Shown here one piece after another: positions 1 through 12,900 of a stretch of DNA of 64,000 bases. The DNA comes from Antedon mediterranea (Eukaryota; Animalia; Echinodermata). How positions within the stretch are numbered: position 1 is the stretch's first letter; the number at the start of each line of letters is the position of its first letter. Position numbers and translations under genes: made by a program. The notes beneath the pieces are model-generated. The model had not been told where the DNA came from and ran no database searches. It saw nothing but the letters and a program-made list of their open reading frames with translations. Where the stretch lies: assembly GCF_964355755.1 (NCBI RefSeq), contig NC_092677.1, positions 13,600,101 to 13,664,100 of the forward strand. Direction: 5' to 3'.

Positions 1-625
1 GAATAATTTGTTCTGCGCATGTAAATTATACTATAGTAACCAGTTATATCGAAAAATTGTAAAGGTCGAAATTTGGTCATTTTTTGAAGAAAAAAATATT
101 CATAATTACATGCGCAGAGTCGAATAATTTGTTCTGCGCACCTTAATTATGCTATAGTAACCAGTTATATCGAAAAATAGTAAGGTCGAAATTGGGTCAT
201 TTTTGGAAAAAATCCATGTACAGGGAAATTTTCCAAAAATGACCAATTTTCTACCCTTTTATTTTTTGACATAACTGGTTACCATATCATAATTATCATG
301 CGCAGAGTCAAATAATTTGTTCTGCGCATGTCAAAAACATTATCCGTCCGGCGGGGGATAGTTTATTACCATTAGTTAAGGTCCTATGTAAAGCACCTAG
401 AGGGGTCAGTGATCCATTAGGCGCTATATAAATACTGTTTATTATTATTATTATTTATTTATAGTAACCAAGTATAGCGAAAAATAGTAAGGTCGAAATT
501 TGGTCATTTTTCGAAAAAATCCATATACAGGGAAATTTTCGAAAATTGGCAATTTTTCGACCCCTTTATTTGTTGACATAACTGGTTACTATAGCATAAT
601 TAACATGCGCAAAGTCAATTAATTT
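1..625. repeat. Satellite-like array of ~100-120 bp units in direct and inverted orientation
   Basis: The motif ATAGTAACCAGTTATATCGAAAAA..AAGGTCGAAATTTGGTCATTTTT recurs at ~32, ~154 and ~460. Reverse-complement copies (..GACATAACTGGTTAC..) lie at ~268 and ~575. Junctions are quasi-palindromic (CATGCGCAGAGTC..GTTCTGCGCATG). A SINE-like tail with (TTA)n interrupts at ~385-455. Confidence 0.75.
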
Positions 626-1079
626 GAAAAATGAAAGGTTACCACAAAGTAGCAGAACTAGCAGTGGCAGTAGCAGTAGCACACATCAAATACAAGGGAT
701 TTGGGAGAAGTTCTTATTGAAATGAGGAAACCTAAGCTTGAGATTAAGAAATTTGAAGGCGATTGTTCGCAATTTAATCAATTTATGAGACGATTCAAAT
801 TAAAGATTGATAGAAACCCAAGTCAGAATGTCAAAGATTCTGAAAGAGAAGACAATCTGTGCTGCACAGGTTGACAACGATTGGATAATGTACAATTTCG
901 ACTTCGAAAGGGATGAAAAGAGTAATGGCTTGGGTTATGATAGCAAAACAGAAAATTTCTGTGGAGGATTCGAAGGACAACAAGTTGCGATTCAAATGGA
1001 TGCCATAAGTACGGAAGTTATGAATCTGGTGAACTGACAGTGGGGACGCAGAGGACGTGATTTCTTTCTTTCTTTATTC

Positions 1080-1993
1080 GTAATTTTGGCCTTCGGCCCA
1101 TATTACATAACAAAATGAATCAATATTTAGGCGGTCATTAAACATTAAAATAAAATTATTTCTCTTGATTTGGACATTCCTTAAGTTAAAACTTTGTTCA
1201 ATGTATATAGCAAACAGTCTTAATTCTCTTTTATTTCTAAATACATAATTCAAATAGGTATATATATTTTGATTTTTTATCTTAATGTATTTCTGTCTCT
1301 TTTTATTCTATTCTTTATATCAAACCAACAGTGTAAAACACCAATAACAGGTTGAAAATAAAAACTAAACTATAAAATATGAGCCAATATAAATATATAC
1401 AAATGAAAAAGAAAATTTAAATAATTTCATTACTAATACATTTAAATTGAGAAAAATTACAGTTAAAAATATCTAAAGAATTATTTTTTAAAAGACATGA
1501 ATTGTACAATGACGAGAGTCTACAGAAAATACCATTTTTACAAACATTGACACGAGAAAATTTAACATGAAGAAAGGGTTTACTACGAAGATTACGAACA
1601 GGAACATTAAAATAAAACAACGAAACAAGATCACAATCAAACTTAGAAGTAAGACATTTATACAGGAAGTGCAAGTCCTGTCTTGCTCTCCTAGATGTCG
1701 GGGAAACAATAGGAGGCAGGTTGGCTGCTGGGCCGACAAAGCGCAAGAACTTGTTATGGGTCCGATCAATTCTGGAGGCTTGAGAAGCAGAGAGTGAATT
1801 GTAAATAATTGAACAGAAATTAAAAGATGGTTGGACGAGGGAAAGATAAAGCGCACGTTTGGTGTATGGAGAAAAATGTTTGCAATTGCGCCACATCAGC
1901 CCAAGCAGCCTATTGGCCTTTCTGACAACATGATCAACGTGTGAAATAAATGTCAGTTTACGGTCGATGAAAATGCCGAGGTCCCGGTAAGAG
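1080..1993 (-). mobile_element. 3' fragment of a non-LTR retrotransposon (CR1/L2-type ORF2 C-terminus and 3' UTR)
   Basis: The minus strand reads DLGIFIDRKLTFISHVDHVVRKANRLLGL followed by ORF 1417-1896 (LYLSLVQP..DLHFLYKCL), typical of the post-RT region of CR1/L2-group LINEs. Confidence 0.8.
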
Positions 1994-1994
1994 T

Positions 1995-2300
1995 TTACAC
2001 TTTCAAGGACTTCTTCTTGAACTGAGTAAGCGAAAATAATAGGTTTTTTCTGTTGTATAAAGAACAGCTAAATACAAAATGAAATTCGTCTTCAATTTCC
2101 CCAGTATTACAAAATAAACAAATTCTATTTTCGCTAATTATTTTAAGATGTCTTCCCTTCTCAATAAATAAATTATGTGTTGATAAACGAAATCTTGATA
2201 AAAGTGTCCTAAACTTAAAATTTAAATCATGTAAATAGTTTTCTCTAACATAATCAGCTTTACAATAATTATCAAATCGCAAACGTGGGTTTTGTTGGAG
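1995..2300 (-). mobile_element. LINE ORF2 C-terminal CCHC zinc-knuckle fragment
   Basis: LSRFRLSTHNLFIEKGRH..RICLFCNTGEIEDEFHFVFSCSLY is the characteristic C-terminal Cys/His motif of L2/CR1-superclade (Daphne/Crack-like) ORF2. Confidence 0.8.
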
Positions 2301-5300
2301 AATTTCTCTTCCGTTCTCTAAAGCTGTATCGTATACCCTCTGGCTGAAATTATTATTTATATCATTTAAATAAAAAATATATAATGATTCTTAAACATGT
2401 TCAAGTGCGTTTGAAAAAGAGACATGCGATATCCAGGTTGGAAGGAAGCAAAGTTTAAGTTTAACCCTATTTTAGAAGAAGATGGGGCCCTCAGAGTTGG
2501 TGGCAGAATCGATAGGACAGACATGCCGTATGACAGTACATACCCAAGGTTTTTGCCCAAGAGTGCCTGCATATTAACAGAAATGATTGTGAGAGATGGG
2601 CATAAGGAAGTCGGTCATTTAGGAAAAAATGCCATCATTGCCAAACTCCGAGAACGGTATTGACTATTTGGAGCCAATCTATTAGCAAAAAGGATAACGA
2701 GTGTGTTACCTGTAGATATCAGGAAAAGCCATGCGAGTAAATAATAAAGATTTGGCCGTAAACCTAGCACAAGCAGAAGGAACACTATTTGAACACGTTA
2801 GTGTGGATTACTTTGGTCCATTTTTGGTCAAGAGAAGCAGTTCAGAAGTCAAAAGATATTCACCTGTATGTCATCAAGAGCAGTTCATCTTGAGGTAGCT
2901 CATAGCCCAGGCACTGACTCAGTGCTATCAGGGGGTTCATGACCAGAAGAAGCCCAGTGAAAAGTATAAGATCGGAAAATGTAACGAATTTAGTAGGTGC
3001 AGAAAAGGGAACCGAGAGATGCTAGAAAGGGCCAACCGATCAAAAATTAAGAATGTACTTATCAATGTTGGAGTGGAGTTTCAATCCACCAGCAGCATCC
3101 TATTTCGGTGGGGTTTGGGAGAGGATGATACGAACAACTACAAAGATACTCTATGGCCTTGTGAAAGATAAGGGACTATCTATCTATCATGATGATGAAT
3201 TGCTATCTACATTAATTTGTGAGGTAGAAAATATCTTAAACAATAGGCCACTGACGACAACCTCTACTGACCTCGAAGATAAGCCATTGACACCAAACAT
3301 GCTTATAATCCAGAGAGGAAGAATTTTGGACTCTTCACGAGTGTTTGTGACCACGGATACATATGTCAGGAAACGATCGAGACATGTTCAGCACCTGGTG
3401 GATGTCTTTTGATGCAGATGGAGGAAAGAGTACTTTAGTAACTCCCCAGAAAACAGTGAGGAGATGTGGTGTTAGTTGTCGAAAAATCAGCTCCCGAAAT
3501 CATTGGCTGATGGCGATAGTTGAAACTTTATTTTAAGACAAGAAGGGCTTGTTGAGAATATTACTATGCTATTCCTTTGGCATTTGCGGGGTGGGTGTTA
3601 ATGCCAACTGTCTATTATTTTGTGTTTGTCACCCTCTATTTAGAAAAGTTGTTTCCGCCTCTAGACAGAAGAAAGATGGCTGTGCCCATGCAACACATGT
3701 TGTTGGTTAAACTAGCTAGATTTGAGTATATAGCAGCTATAAAACATTAATGAATAATGCAATGTAGTTGTCCATATCAGGGACATTTAACTGTACGGTA
3801 AATATCTGTACTTTATTTTTTATTTGTTTTTGTTATGTTTTCGATGCTAGCCTCGTTCTGGTTGAGCCCTTTTATCTTATTATGTATATTTGATTACTAT
3901 TGCAGTTAATCGTTGAAGATTATATCAGATCAACGCATTAAATACAGTGGGTAACCAGAACATATTGAGTTTGAAAATCAACCTGTGCCACTGTGGGCAT
4001 CTACTTTGCTTCTAAAACTGTAGAGGTAAGTTTTTGATTGGTTTAGGCCTTGGCCAACCTCGCGTTAAAAGTATTCTTGCAATGAAACAAAATAATTTAA
4101 TTTCCGTTACAGATGAAATATTATATTTTCATCTTTCACCTCATGAAATTATTTGTACCATTGCATTACCATCAATACAATAACACTGAACCACACCTTG
4201 TAAAATTCAATTATAATCTTTTATTAAAAACCACCTGTCCCATTGATACAATGTATTGTAATTATTTCACATTACTTGGGCTACAGCTGAGGATCTGAAG
4301 CATTGACCGACGATGGTCTAAGGACAAAACATAAAAAAATACATTGAGTTGAAAACATTTTTATTTGACGGAAATATTCTGAGTCTGAATTTACCCCAGA
4401 GGGATTCATAAATTAATAACTTGTATTGAAAAGTAGAAATCTTAACCCGTAAACATACCCAGACATTACTAATTATTCACAACTAGCAGTTACACCTCTT
4501 TTGTTTCAAGCTTGATTCATAATATTGGAAAACGTGTACAAATTAAAGTGAGACATATGGCAGATAGAGGGTAGGCCTATTTAGACTCATGCACACCAGT
4601 AAGAGCAAATGATGAGGTTGACCAATGACCTACTGGTGGTCCTTACGGAAATTATATTATAAACAGATAAAGCAAAATTAAACACCTGTGGAGAAGCTAG
4701 ATGTTTCTGATTTTCCCAATTTTGCTTCAGAGAAGTTAAGCAGATGGTGAGAATAACAAAAAACAGGTAAAGACAAGGTGAAAACTGCCAAAAACCAAAG
4801 AGTATGCTACATTGGCAAAAGAGTTGTTTACTTTACAACAGAGGCAAGCAGCCTTGTCCATGTCAAAGTAAGGATTGGTCCTTAATTCAAACAGACATCT
4901 TTACAGAAGAGATTCCACTTGGAGTCAGAATAAACTTATTCGGAAAAATGTTTTTATAAACTCTGTACACTGTTTCCAAATTATAAAGGAGTATGCCCTG
5001 AAATTCCTCCACAAGATGACACAGCAGCGCCCTTTAGAATTTTTGCAGTGGAGGAAAGGCATTCATATTTTCATTTTGATTTACATAGAAAAAGATCACA
5101 ATAAATGTCAATCTTTACTTAATGACATTGCTACATTAAATAATAACGTGCCTAGATTTTCTAGGCTAATTTGATCTTAACCATAGCTGTAATTACAAGA
5201 CAATTATCATTACTATGGATAAAAGAAAAGAAAAACAAAGCAGATTGAATATACAAGAAGAAGTATAGGATCAGTTAGGAAGGGTTTCAGAATGTGATCT

Positions 5301-5327
5301 ACATTTGACTCCCGAAAGCGGATGACG

Positions 5328-6200
5328 CACATTCTGAATATCAAAATGGATTACTGTCTGGGACTGGACCATATAGGTCTCGCCATTGTGAGTAATTCCT
5401 AAATCAAAACCAGACAATTGACGTCTAATATCCAAGAGGGGATTCAGTCAGCGAATGCTTTTCGAATTATTCCGATTGCAAATATTTATGCTCGGCCAAT
5501 GATTCAATATTTGAGAAACTAAATCTAACTAAAATTTGTCGGGGAGAATAGACAGAGGTCCTATGCCAGACAGGGAAAGAACTTTTTTATATGAATTTGT
5601 TCATAGTTGCTAGACATTGAAGTGCTTGACATAGAATTTCAGGTCAAAATGTGCCTCTTTTTTTGCAACTATGCACACTTTAAATGAATGACCGTCAACA
5701 ATGGTCAATAATTTTCAACCTATGACAGAGACAATGAAGGGATGGATGCTGTGAATCGCAAAGATTCTTGGTGGTACAAAAGTTTGTCACACACATTCTG
5801 AATATCAAAATGGATTACTGTCTGGGATTGGTTCATTAGGTCTCACCATTGCGAGTAATTCCTAAATCAGAACCAGACAAATGATGTCTAATATCCAAGA
5901 GGGATTCAGTCAGCGAATGCTTTTCGAATTATTCCAATTGCAAATATTTATGCTCGACCAATGATTCAATATTTGAGAAACTAAATCTAAAATTTGTCGG
6001 GGAGAATTGACAAATAGACAGCATAGTTGCTAGACATTGAATTTCAGGTCAAAATGTGCCTCTTTAAATGAAACAATGGTTAATCATTTTCAACCTAGGA
6101 CAGAGACAATGATGGAATGGTAGCATACTATGCTGTGAATCACAATGAAAGACCATAAACAATGGTCAATAATTTTCAACCTATGATAGAGACAATGATG
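5328..6200 (+). repeat. Direct tandem duplication, ~460 bp unit, 2 diverged copies
   Basis: CACATTCTGAATATCAAAATGGATTACTGTCTGGGA starts at 5328 and 5792. The following ~250 bp and later blocks (CATAGTTGCTAGACATTGAA, TTTTCAACCTA.GACAGAGACAATGA) are also repeated. Confidence 0.85.
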
Positions 6201-6212
6201 GGATGGTAGTGT

Positions 6213-6700
6213 AAAGGGCTGTTCATACTACGACGATAACGATAACCGATAGAATAAAATCGATGTAAAGGTCTAAAACAATAGAATCGTTCATACCAGT
6301 ACGATAACGATAAAATTCTATCGTATACGATAGAATGATCGTTTTTGCTATCGCTTCCATGAGCGATTTTTTTATGCGAGCAAAACGATAGAAATATTTC
6401 AGCCAATGAGAGAGCTTCATTTACGGAAAATAAAAGAGCGCAAAAAAAGAGAGATTGAAAAATTCAGATGAAAATCATCGCGATGGAGTCCAGCGAAGAA
6501 GCGCTTATCGTACTTGTTGAAAAAAACAATATACTTTATGATAAGTGCACTAAAGAAAAGAGATGTGTTGAATGCCATCGGGGCCGAAATAGGATTGACC
6601 GGTAAATTATTGTTCTTTTTTTATATTGGTGCCGTGACCAGTCTTATTGTAAATTACGGCAAGACTACATCGAAACGCTGTAAGCTATCGAATCGCTGTC
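6213..6700 (+). mobile_element. Possible PIF/Harbinger-type element end with a MADF/Myb-like remnant
   Basis: GGGCTGTTCATACTACGA terminus-like sequence, many ACGATA/TATCGT subterminal repeats, and a degenerate LYDK..KRDVLNAIGAEIGLT ending at a GGTAAAT donor. The other end was not found. Confidence 0.45.
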
Positions 6701-7440
6701 GGAAAAGTGGTACCCCATGCTGCTACTTCTAACAGTTACAGAACCAATTGTTGCCAATATCTTGCACTCTGGGGAAGCTCATCCTCTGACAGAGTCACTC
6801 CAATTAGTGGCTCGGATATGGTGGAAAAGGCTATTCAGAAGAAGTCACAAGTATTGCTGGATAGAGCTTCAACCTATGGCCAATATTAGTCAGCCTGGCG
6901 AGTATGGAATAGCTGGTGAGGTGAACGGAACCATTTGTTAGCACAAAATAGTGGATTACACATATGAGGCTATTCTTGACCAGCTGAACCTATTAATCCA
7001 CTGGACTAGTAGATTTCACTCAATAGTTGACCAAGTTTCCGAGGTGCTCTGCCAATGTCCGACTTAATTGAATTGGGAAATAATGTCTTGGCATCCGTAA
7101 GAAAGATTTGAACTGATAGGTATATTGATTTAAGGGTACTTCTCAACAAAGAGATTGAACCAACTTGCATTTCTTTTGTGGTTGTCGACAAACAATTAAA
7201 GGTAGATACGGACAATAATAAAAAGAAAGTATTATCCATAACAGAATGGATGCGTGCATTCATGGTGTATATGTCAATTTTCATCAACAAATCAACCAAT
7301 GAGTGCTTGGCTTTGCTTTGCTAGCTATTCAGTTTGTGTGTTTTGTTTCTTTTGTCATGGCCAGGATGCATCCAAACTAGTGTATGTGTCAAAAAAGGAC
7401 ATTCTTGGTGAGAACGCCACACAAGACGAAATGAAAAACA

Positions 7441-8135
7441 GAACATATCGATATATGGCATATAGTTGCTATATATAACGAGACAGAAGACTTATTTCAT
7501 CATTAGTATGGCCAATTCAAGATAAATATCTGGAGGATAGTAGAATCTATAAAGGATTTATAGATGGGATGAATGCAACAAGACAAATGTAACATATCGA
7601 TATAAATGGCATATAGTTGCTATATATAACGAGACAGAAGACTTATTTCATCATTAGTATGGCCAATTCAAGATAAATATCTGGAGGATAGTAGAATCTA
7701 AAAAGGATTTATAGATGGGGATGAACGCAACAAGACAAATGTAACATATCGATATATGGCATATAGTTGCTATATATAACGAGACAGAAGACTTAATATT
7801 TCATCATGCTTTGTATGGCCAATTCAAGGTAAATATCTGGAGGATAGTAGAATCTATAAAGGATTTATAGATGGGGATGAACGCAATAAGACAAATGTAA
7901 CATATTGATATGTGGCATATAGTTGCTATATATAACGAGACAGAAGACTTATTCCATCATGCTGTGTATGGCCAATTCAAGGTAAATATCTGGAGGATAG
8001 TAGAATCTATAAAGGATTTATAGATGGGGATGAACGCAACAAGACAAATGTAACATATCGATATGTGGCTTACAGGTGGGTGTACTCACAACTGAATAAC
8101 GAGATAGAAGACTTATTCCATCTTGTTGTGTATGA
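7441..8135 (+). repeat. Tandem repeat, ~150-155 bp unit, ~4.5 copies, derived from P2X7-ballast/Nanor-like coding sequence
   Basis: ACATAT(C/T)GATAT recurs at 7443, 7592, 7744, 7900 and 8053. The units translate to TYRY(M/V)AY and RDRRLIPSCCVWPIQGKYLEDSRIYKGFIDG. Confidence 0.85.
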
Positions 8136-8139
8136 CCAC

Positions 8140-8860
8140 TTCCTGCGTTCGCACCCCTAATAACAATAATAAATACCCCGAACTGCACGAGGCAGAAACG
8201 GAAGATTCAAAGGAGTGGCAGACGTTCAAGTGCGTTCACGTGCCTCCGTTGACGCGATCGGTACGCCCGTCCCCCGAGCAGGTGAGGGGTCGCCTAAGAC
8301 GATTTGCCCGAGTGTGGGAGACCCTGTCGGAGGACAGGTGGGTTCTCACCACAATAAAAAAAAACAGCATTGAAATCACGAGCCCCCCTGTGAGCTGGGG
8401 TGCTCAATCGACAAGAATACCGCCAGAGCCACAAAAGAGATGTGCGCTCCTGAACGGCTTCACTTCTCTGCTCCAGAAAGGAGCAGTAGAATCAGTCGAC
8501 GCATGATGCGCCGTATCGGGACACGAGTTGACCGTCTTCCTCACAGAAAAAAACACAGGCGATTGGCGACCTATCTTAAACCTGAGGAATCTAAATCGGT
8601 TTATTCGGCCCCAGAGGTTTCGGATGGAGACAGTTTCATCCATCCTACTAAGGATCGTCTAAGACGAGGAGACTGGGCAGCCTCGATAGATCTGAAAGAT
8701 GCCTACTTTTACCTTCCTATTGCCCAAGCAGATCGACGCAGTTTATAAGGACAAATATTGTATCATGGTTCTGCCTTACAAACCATCATCAAAGGCCACC
8801 ATCGCGAGGTGAATAGTCACTGCAATTCAGGCAGGCTACAAGGCACTGCGAATATCCTCA
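8140..8860 (+). mobile_element. DIRS-type (tyrosine recombinase) retrotransposon remnant
   Basis: VRGRLRRFARVWETLSEDRWVL..LLQKGAVE, FLTEKNTGDWRPILNLRNLNRFI..RFRMET and GDWAASIDLKDAYFYLPI are DIRS-type RT motifs. KPSSKATIAR*IVTAIQAGY (~8780) resembles the YR domain. The element is frameshifted and internally deleted. Confidence 0.8.
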
Positions 8861-9963
8861 CCTGCAAATATGTTATTGAGGAAGTTGAGGGACTCTAAAC
8901 CTTTACATAAGGAGAACAATGGAGGACATCAAGATGATCCACAAGCACTGCATTTTCAGATTGGGAACAGTAGAAAGATATGGCATATGTTGCTAGAAAA
9001 TTCTACTAATAGAGAAAGAACGATCAAGAGAAGATGATGAGGCATTCTATGGATATGTCAATGATCCAATCATCTGTGTTGTTTGGACAGAAGCGACAGC
9101 CAGATGCAACACAGAGGATGTAGCTAGTACTTTTCCAGTATAGTACATGAACAGTACTATGTTTAGGGATGGGCACTAACTAGCACTTGCTGTGCGTTTT
9201 ACAAGAAGGGATCCGTACTGATTTAGAAAACCTTATTCACCAAATACAGTTCAGGTGAAAGGTCCAATTTGAACCAAAAGATATGATAATGGAGTTGTTT
9301 TAGGAGCGAGAACATCCTTACAACTCAACAGAAACGACTGGAATACTTAAGGGCATAATGCCTGCAGACTCTAAATAAGCTCTGTATGTGGAGCTCGAAC
9401 TGGGCACTATAGAAATAGCTAAAATAACGTTCCCGGACATATCTACCTAAAGGTTTAACGGTGAAAACTCTCACTTTATGGCAGCCAGGCGACAAAAGGT
9501 GTAACAATAAAAATTTAATAGTGCCCTCTAGAATATGACATCCAGGCATTACGACCATCAGTGCCATGATGTAAACATATTGAGTTGACTACGATTAAAA
9601 GTTTATAGTTGTTAATATGCGACTAGATTATTTATTGCATACTGTATCTAAATTTAAAGAGGACCTTTACTATCAATTCTGAACAAGTTATCATCTCTAA
9701 GAATGGTCAAAAGAAAAATAAAAGCCATAGTTACAAGCTGATCCAAGTCAGTGGAGTATTTAAACACAATATTCATTGATAAATGTACACAGAACAAAGA
9801 TTTACAAAAGTTGAACAAAACTGGTAATCTTCTGTCCCTCTAGGCTTCTACCTCACACATTGGTATTTGTCTTTCAACCATTTAGTACCAGTGCAATAGC
9901 TTAAGTGGTGGTGTGTTTGACACGATTAGCTGTTCCTCAATAGATGTTTTGTAATTGATTTTT

Positions 9964-12900
9964 TCAATCACGCCATGTTACTTCAACTTCATCTGTTCTG
10001 TACCTGCAAGCAATGTTGAGAGGTGACTCCTTATTATAAGGTAATGTTAAAATAATACTAGTATAAAGTCTTCAGTTTCAGTTGTTGGGCATGTTGAGTA
10101 AGATAGGGAGCTTTTCATTTGCGACAATCTACGACATGTCACCGGTTATTGTCTGGACCTAGAAACCATCAGAACTGTGTCAAGGTGGGGAAGCGAGGAA
10201 ATGCATCGAAATATCCCGCATGTGCACAGTGGATTAACGTACAGCGGTCTTCGCAAAGTATAATTCATGGAGAAGGAACATTCATTCGGCAACAGGCAAT
10301 AATTAAACAGTTTTATAATGGACATCAATTTACCTTTGTGTACAAAATGTCTCTTTTATTGGTGTTGTTATTCCACTCACAAACATCTCCCAGCCAGCCT
10401 GGGCAATCATTGCACCATTGTCGATACAAAACCTTTAAAAAAACAATACAATTTGAAAAATATTATTTACTGTTTTATTTATTCCTCCCTCGAATAAATG
10501 CGCCCATAGAACATCATTTTGAATCGAGAGCCTCTCACATGCTAGTCCGATATTCCTTATTATATAACACCAAAATAAATTCCTCTCTAGGTCTAGGCCT
10601 GATATGATAATGAGTAATATAAAAACGTTTTGTACGGTACCTCATATCTGTTGCAAATAGCTTAGCACCTCGCTCTTCAGCCATAATTCCCATCATTTCT
10701 TGTAAACGTTTGTTACCTAAAAGCAAAAAAAATTGTAATAAAACAAGTTTTTCGGTAATATGAGGGGCAGCAAAGCCAACTTGGAAGGCATCAAAGCTAT
10801 TAAATAAAATTATTGACGAACTTATTTATATTTTTGCCATTCGGTGGTTTTATTGTGAAAATTCAAGGGCACTCTGGCCAACCATGATTGTTGTTTTGTT
10901 TTGGTGAATACAGTAAAATTAGAAATAAAAACAACATACATCCCACTCCACCAACTATGAGGACCTCCTTCGATCCACAGTGGGCCATGGCTCGTTCTGT
11001 TACCTCAACCAACATTGCAAACAGTGTCTCCTAAAATTAAAAGATAAAATGTGGTGAATTGATCCCTTTGCTCAGCTAAGAACGAAGCTATACTGGGATT
11101 TGATGTAGGTAAAACATCGGAGCCAAAAAGTGGAAAAAAAAACGCATTTACAATTTAAAAGAAAACAGGAAAAACAAGGGCGAGTGAGTGGCAAAGCGGT
11201 TAAGACAATGGAATCATAATTCTGAGTTCTAGGCAAGGGTTTTAGGCTCACTCGCTCTATGGTTCTGGTTGTAGAACAGTCTTCTCGGATAAGGACTATA
11301 AACCATTAAAGACTCGAGATGAGTAGGGGGTTGCGCCAGTGTACTAGTACATTACAGCCACTGATCATAACTGGGCCCTTTGGTTCTTTGACTGAAGAGG
11401 TCACCCAGTATAAATAAATAACAAAAAAGCATTAAAACTGGTATTGTGTTTTGTACAATTTCGACGGTCTATTATACTTCAAGACTACTACTCTACCTAG
11501 ATTACCTAATACGTAAATATACAAAACAATATTGAATAGAATGGTAAAAATAATACCTGAAGTGAAAAGCAGAGATCACCTGGTGTACATTCACCACTTT
11601 TTAACAGCTTACGACCAACATCCTATTAAACAGACAAAAAAGGCTAACCTTTAAACCCTTTGAGAAACAGAAACCGTTTTATTTGTTTCATACTTTTCAC
11701 AATGTTATCAAGAAGCATACTTAAATAAAGTGATTTTTTGTGGTATAAGAGCTTTCAATTTTCAATGGCCTAGCACGTAGGAACGTCATATTAATGCTTC
11801 ATTCCCACTAGACGCATGACGGAAAGTGCAATGGAAGTAATTTGACCGATCACAAGAGATGGATTTTTGGAATTGGTCAATGCACTTTGTCGTTGCGTTG
11901 CGTTCTAGTAGGAACACCGAGACCATGCTTGTTCACTAGATTCTTAGACTATGATTCTAGGTCGAGACGGCGACTAACGACATGTTATGCGTCTACATAG
12001 CTTGTCACATATCAAAATCTCATCTACTGTACTGGAATCTTTATAAAAAAATAACAGTGAGTTGTTTTTATGCAGGAGTCCTGATTTTTATGGTGATAAG
12101 AGGACATTAAATAAATTAATTACAAACCTCAATGTGTGATAGAATTCCTGAAAATGATACGTCCATTCCCTTGGTGACATATGGCAGCTCAATCAACTTC
12201 TTTCCCCTACAAAAAAAAATGTATTACTATGAGGTGTATTTACTTACATCTGCAATCTCCTCATCTCCAAAATGCATCAATAACTCAAGTTCAGTGGAAA
12301 TGTAACAATAAATTTATGGAGAAATATGCAGTCTGTGTGAGCTTAAGCTCTGTCTACACTATCAAACGACTTCAGACAAAAAAAAGTGCCCAAATATGGT
12401 AGTAATATGACATCAGCGTGTCCATATATGGGCACATCACACTTTTTTGTCAAATCAAGTTTGATAGTGTAGACAGAGCTTAAGTTTAAACAAAACAAAA
12501 CTACTTACTCTTTTGCTTTTTGTTCAATGTTGTATCCAGGACTAGGATCATTTGATAGCTATAAAATAAAATAAAAAAGTTCAAAACCATTCATGGTTTT
12601 ACTCACTATCGACTTTACTGATCATTGTAAAAATTAGATTATGTCATGTTAGAAGAACATACCAATCCATCGCAATGTAATGTGATACTAACAACACAAT
12701 GGATAATTTATCTCCTCATGCACAGGAAAGATAAAGTGTCAGAGGAAATCCTACATAATAATTATAATATGTAATAAAATGCCATGATAAGCCTGACTAA
12801 CCTTAAGTATGCGAGCAAACCTGTCAAGACAGTTGCCTACTGCAATATCAATAGTTTCACCGAATATTCTATACTTCTTCTGAGAATATGCAATAACCTG

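Larger units (their letters stand above)
712..3990 (+). mobile_element. Degenerate BEL/Pao LTR retrotransposon (gag and integrase remnants, probable 3' LTR), interrupted by LINE fragments
   Basis: Gag-like KPKLEIKKFEGDCSQFNQF at ~728. Integrase-region motifs LRVGGRI and GHLG..LRERY (2424-2663), VDYFGPF (~2803), and WSFNPPAASYFGGVWERMIR..EVENILNNRPL (3053-3412). Many stops and frameshifts. Purine-rich GCGGGGTGGG followed by TG at 3596 fits a PPT and LTR start. Confidence 0.85.
6700..9330 (+). mobile_element. Highly decayed DNA-transposon coding remnants (possibly Kolobok-like), interrupted by a tandem array and a DIRS fragment
   Basis: Scattered peptides (VEKAIQKK..ELQP at ~6820-6880; MEDIKM, ALHF and ENSTNRE at ~8920-9015) recall marine-invertebrate DDE transposases. 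They flank a P2X7-ballast-like fragment. The evidence is fragmentary. Confidence 0.3.

Noticed and set aside
7441-8135. Possible CRISPR-like array
   Set aside because: Whole ~152-bp units are repeated and there are no variable spacers.
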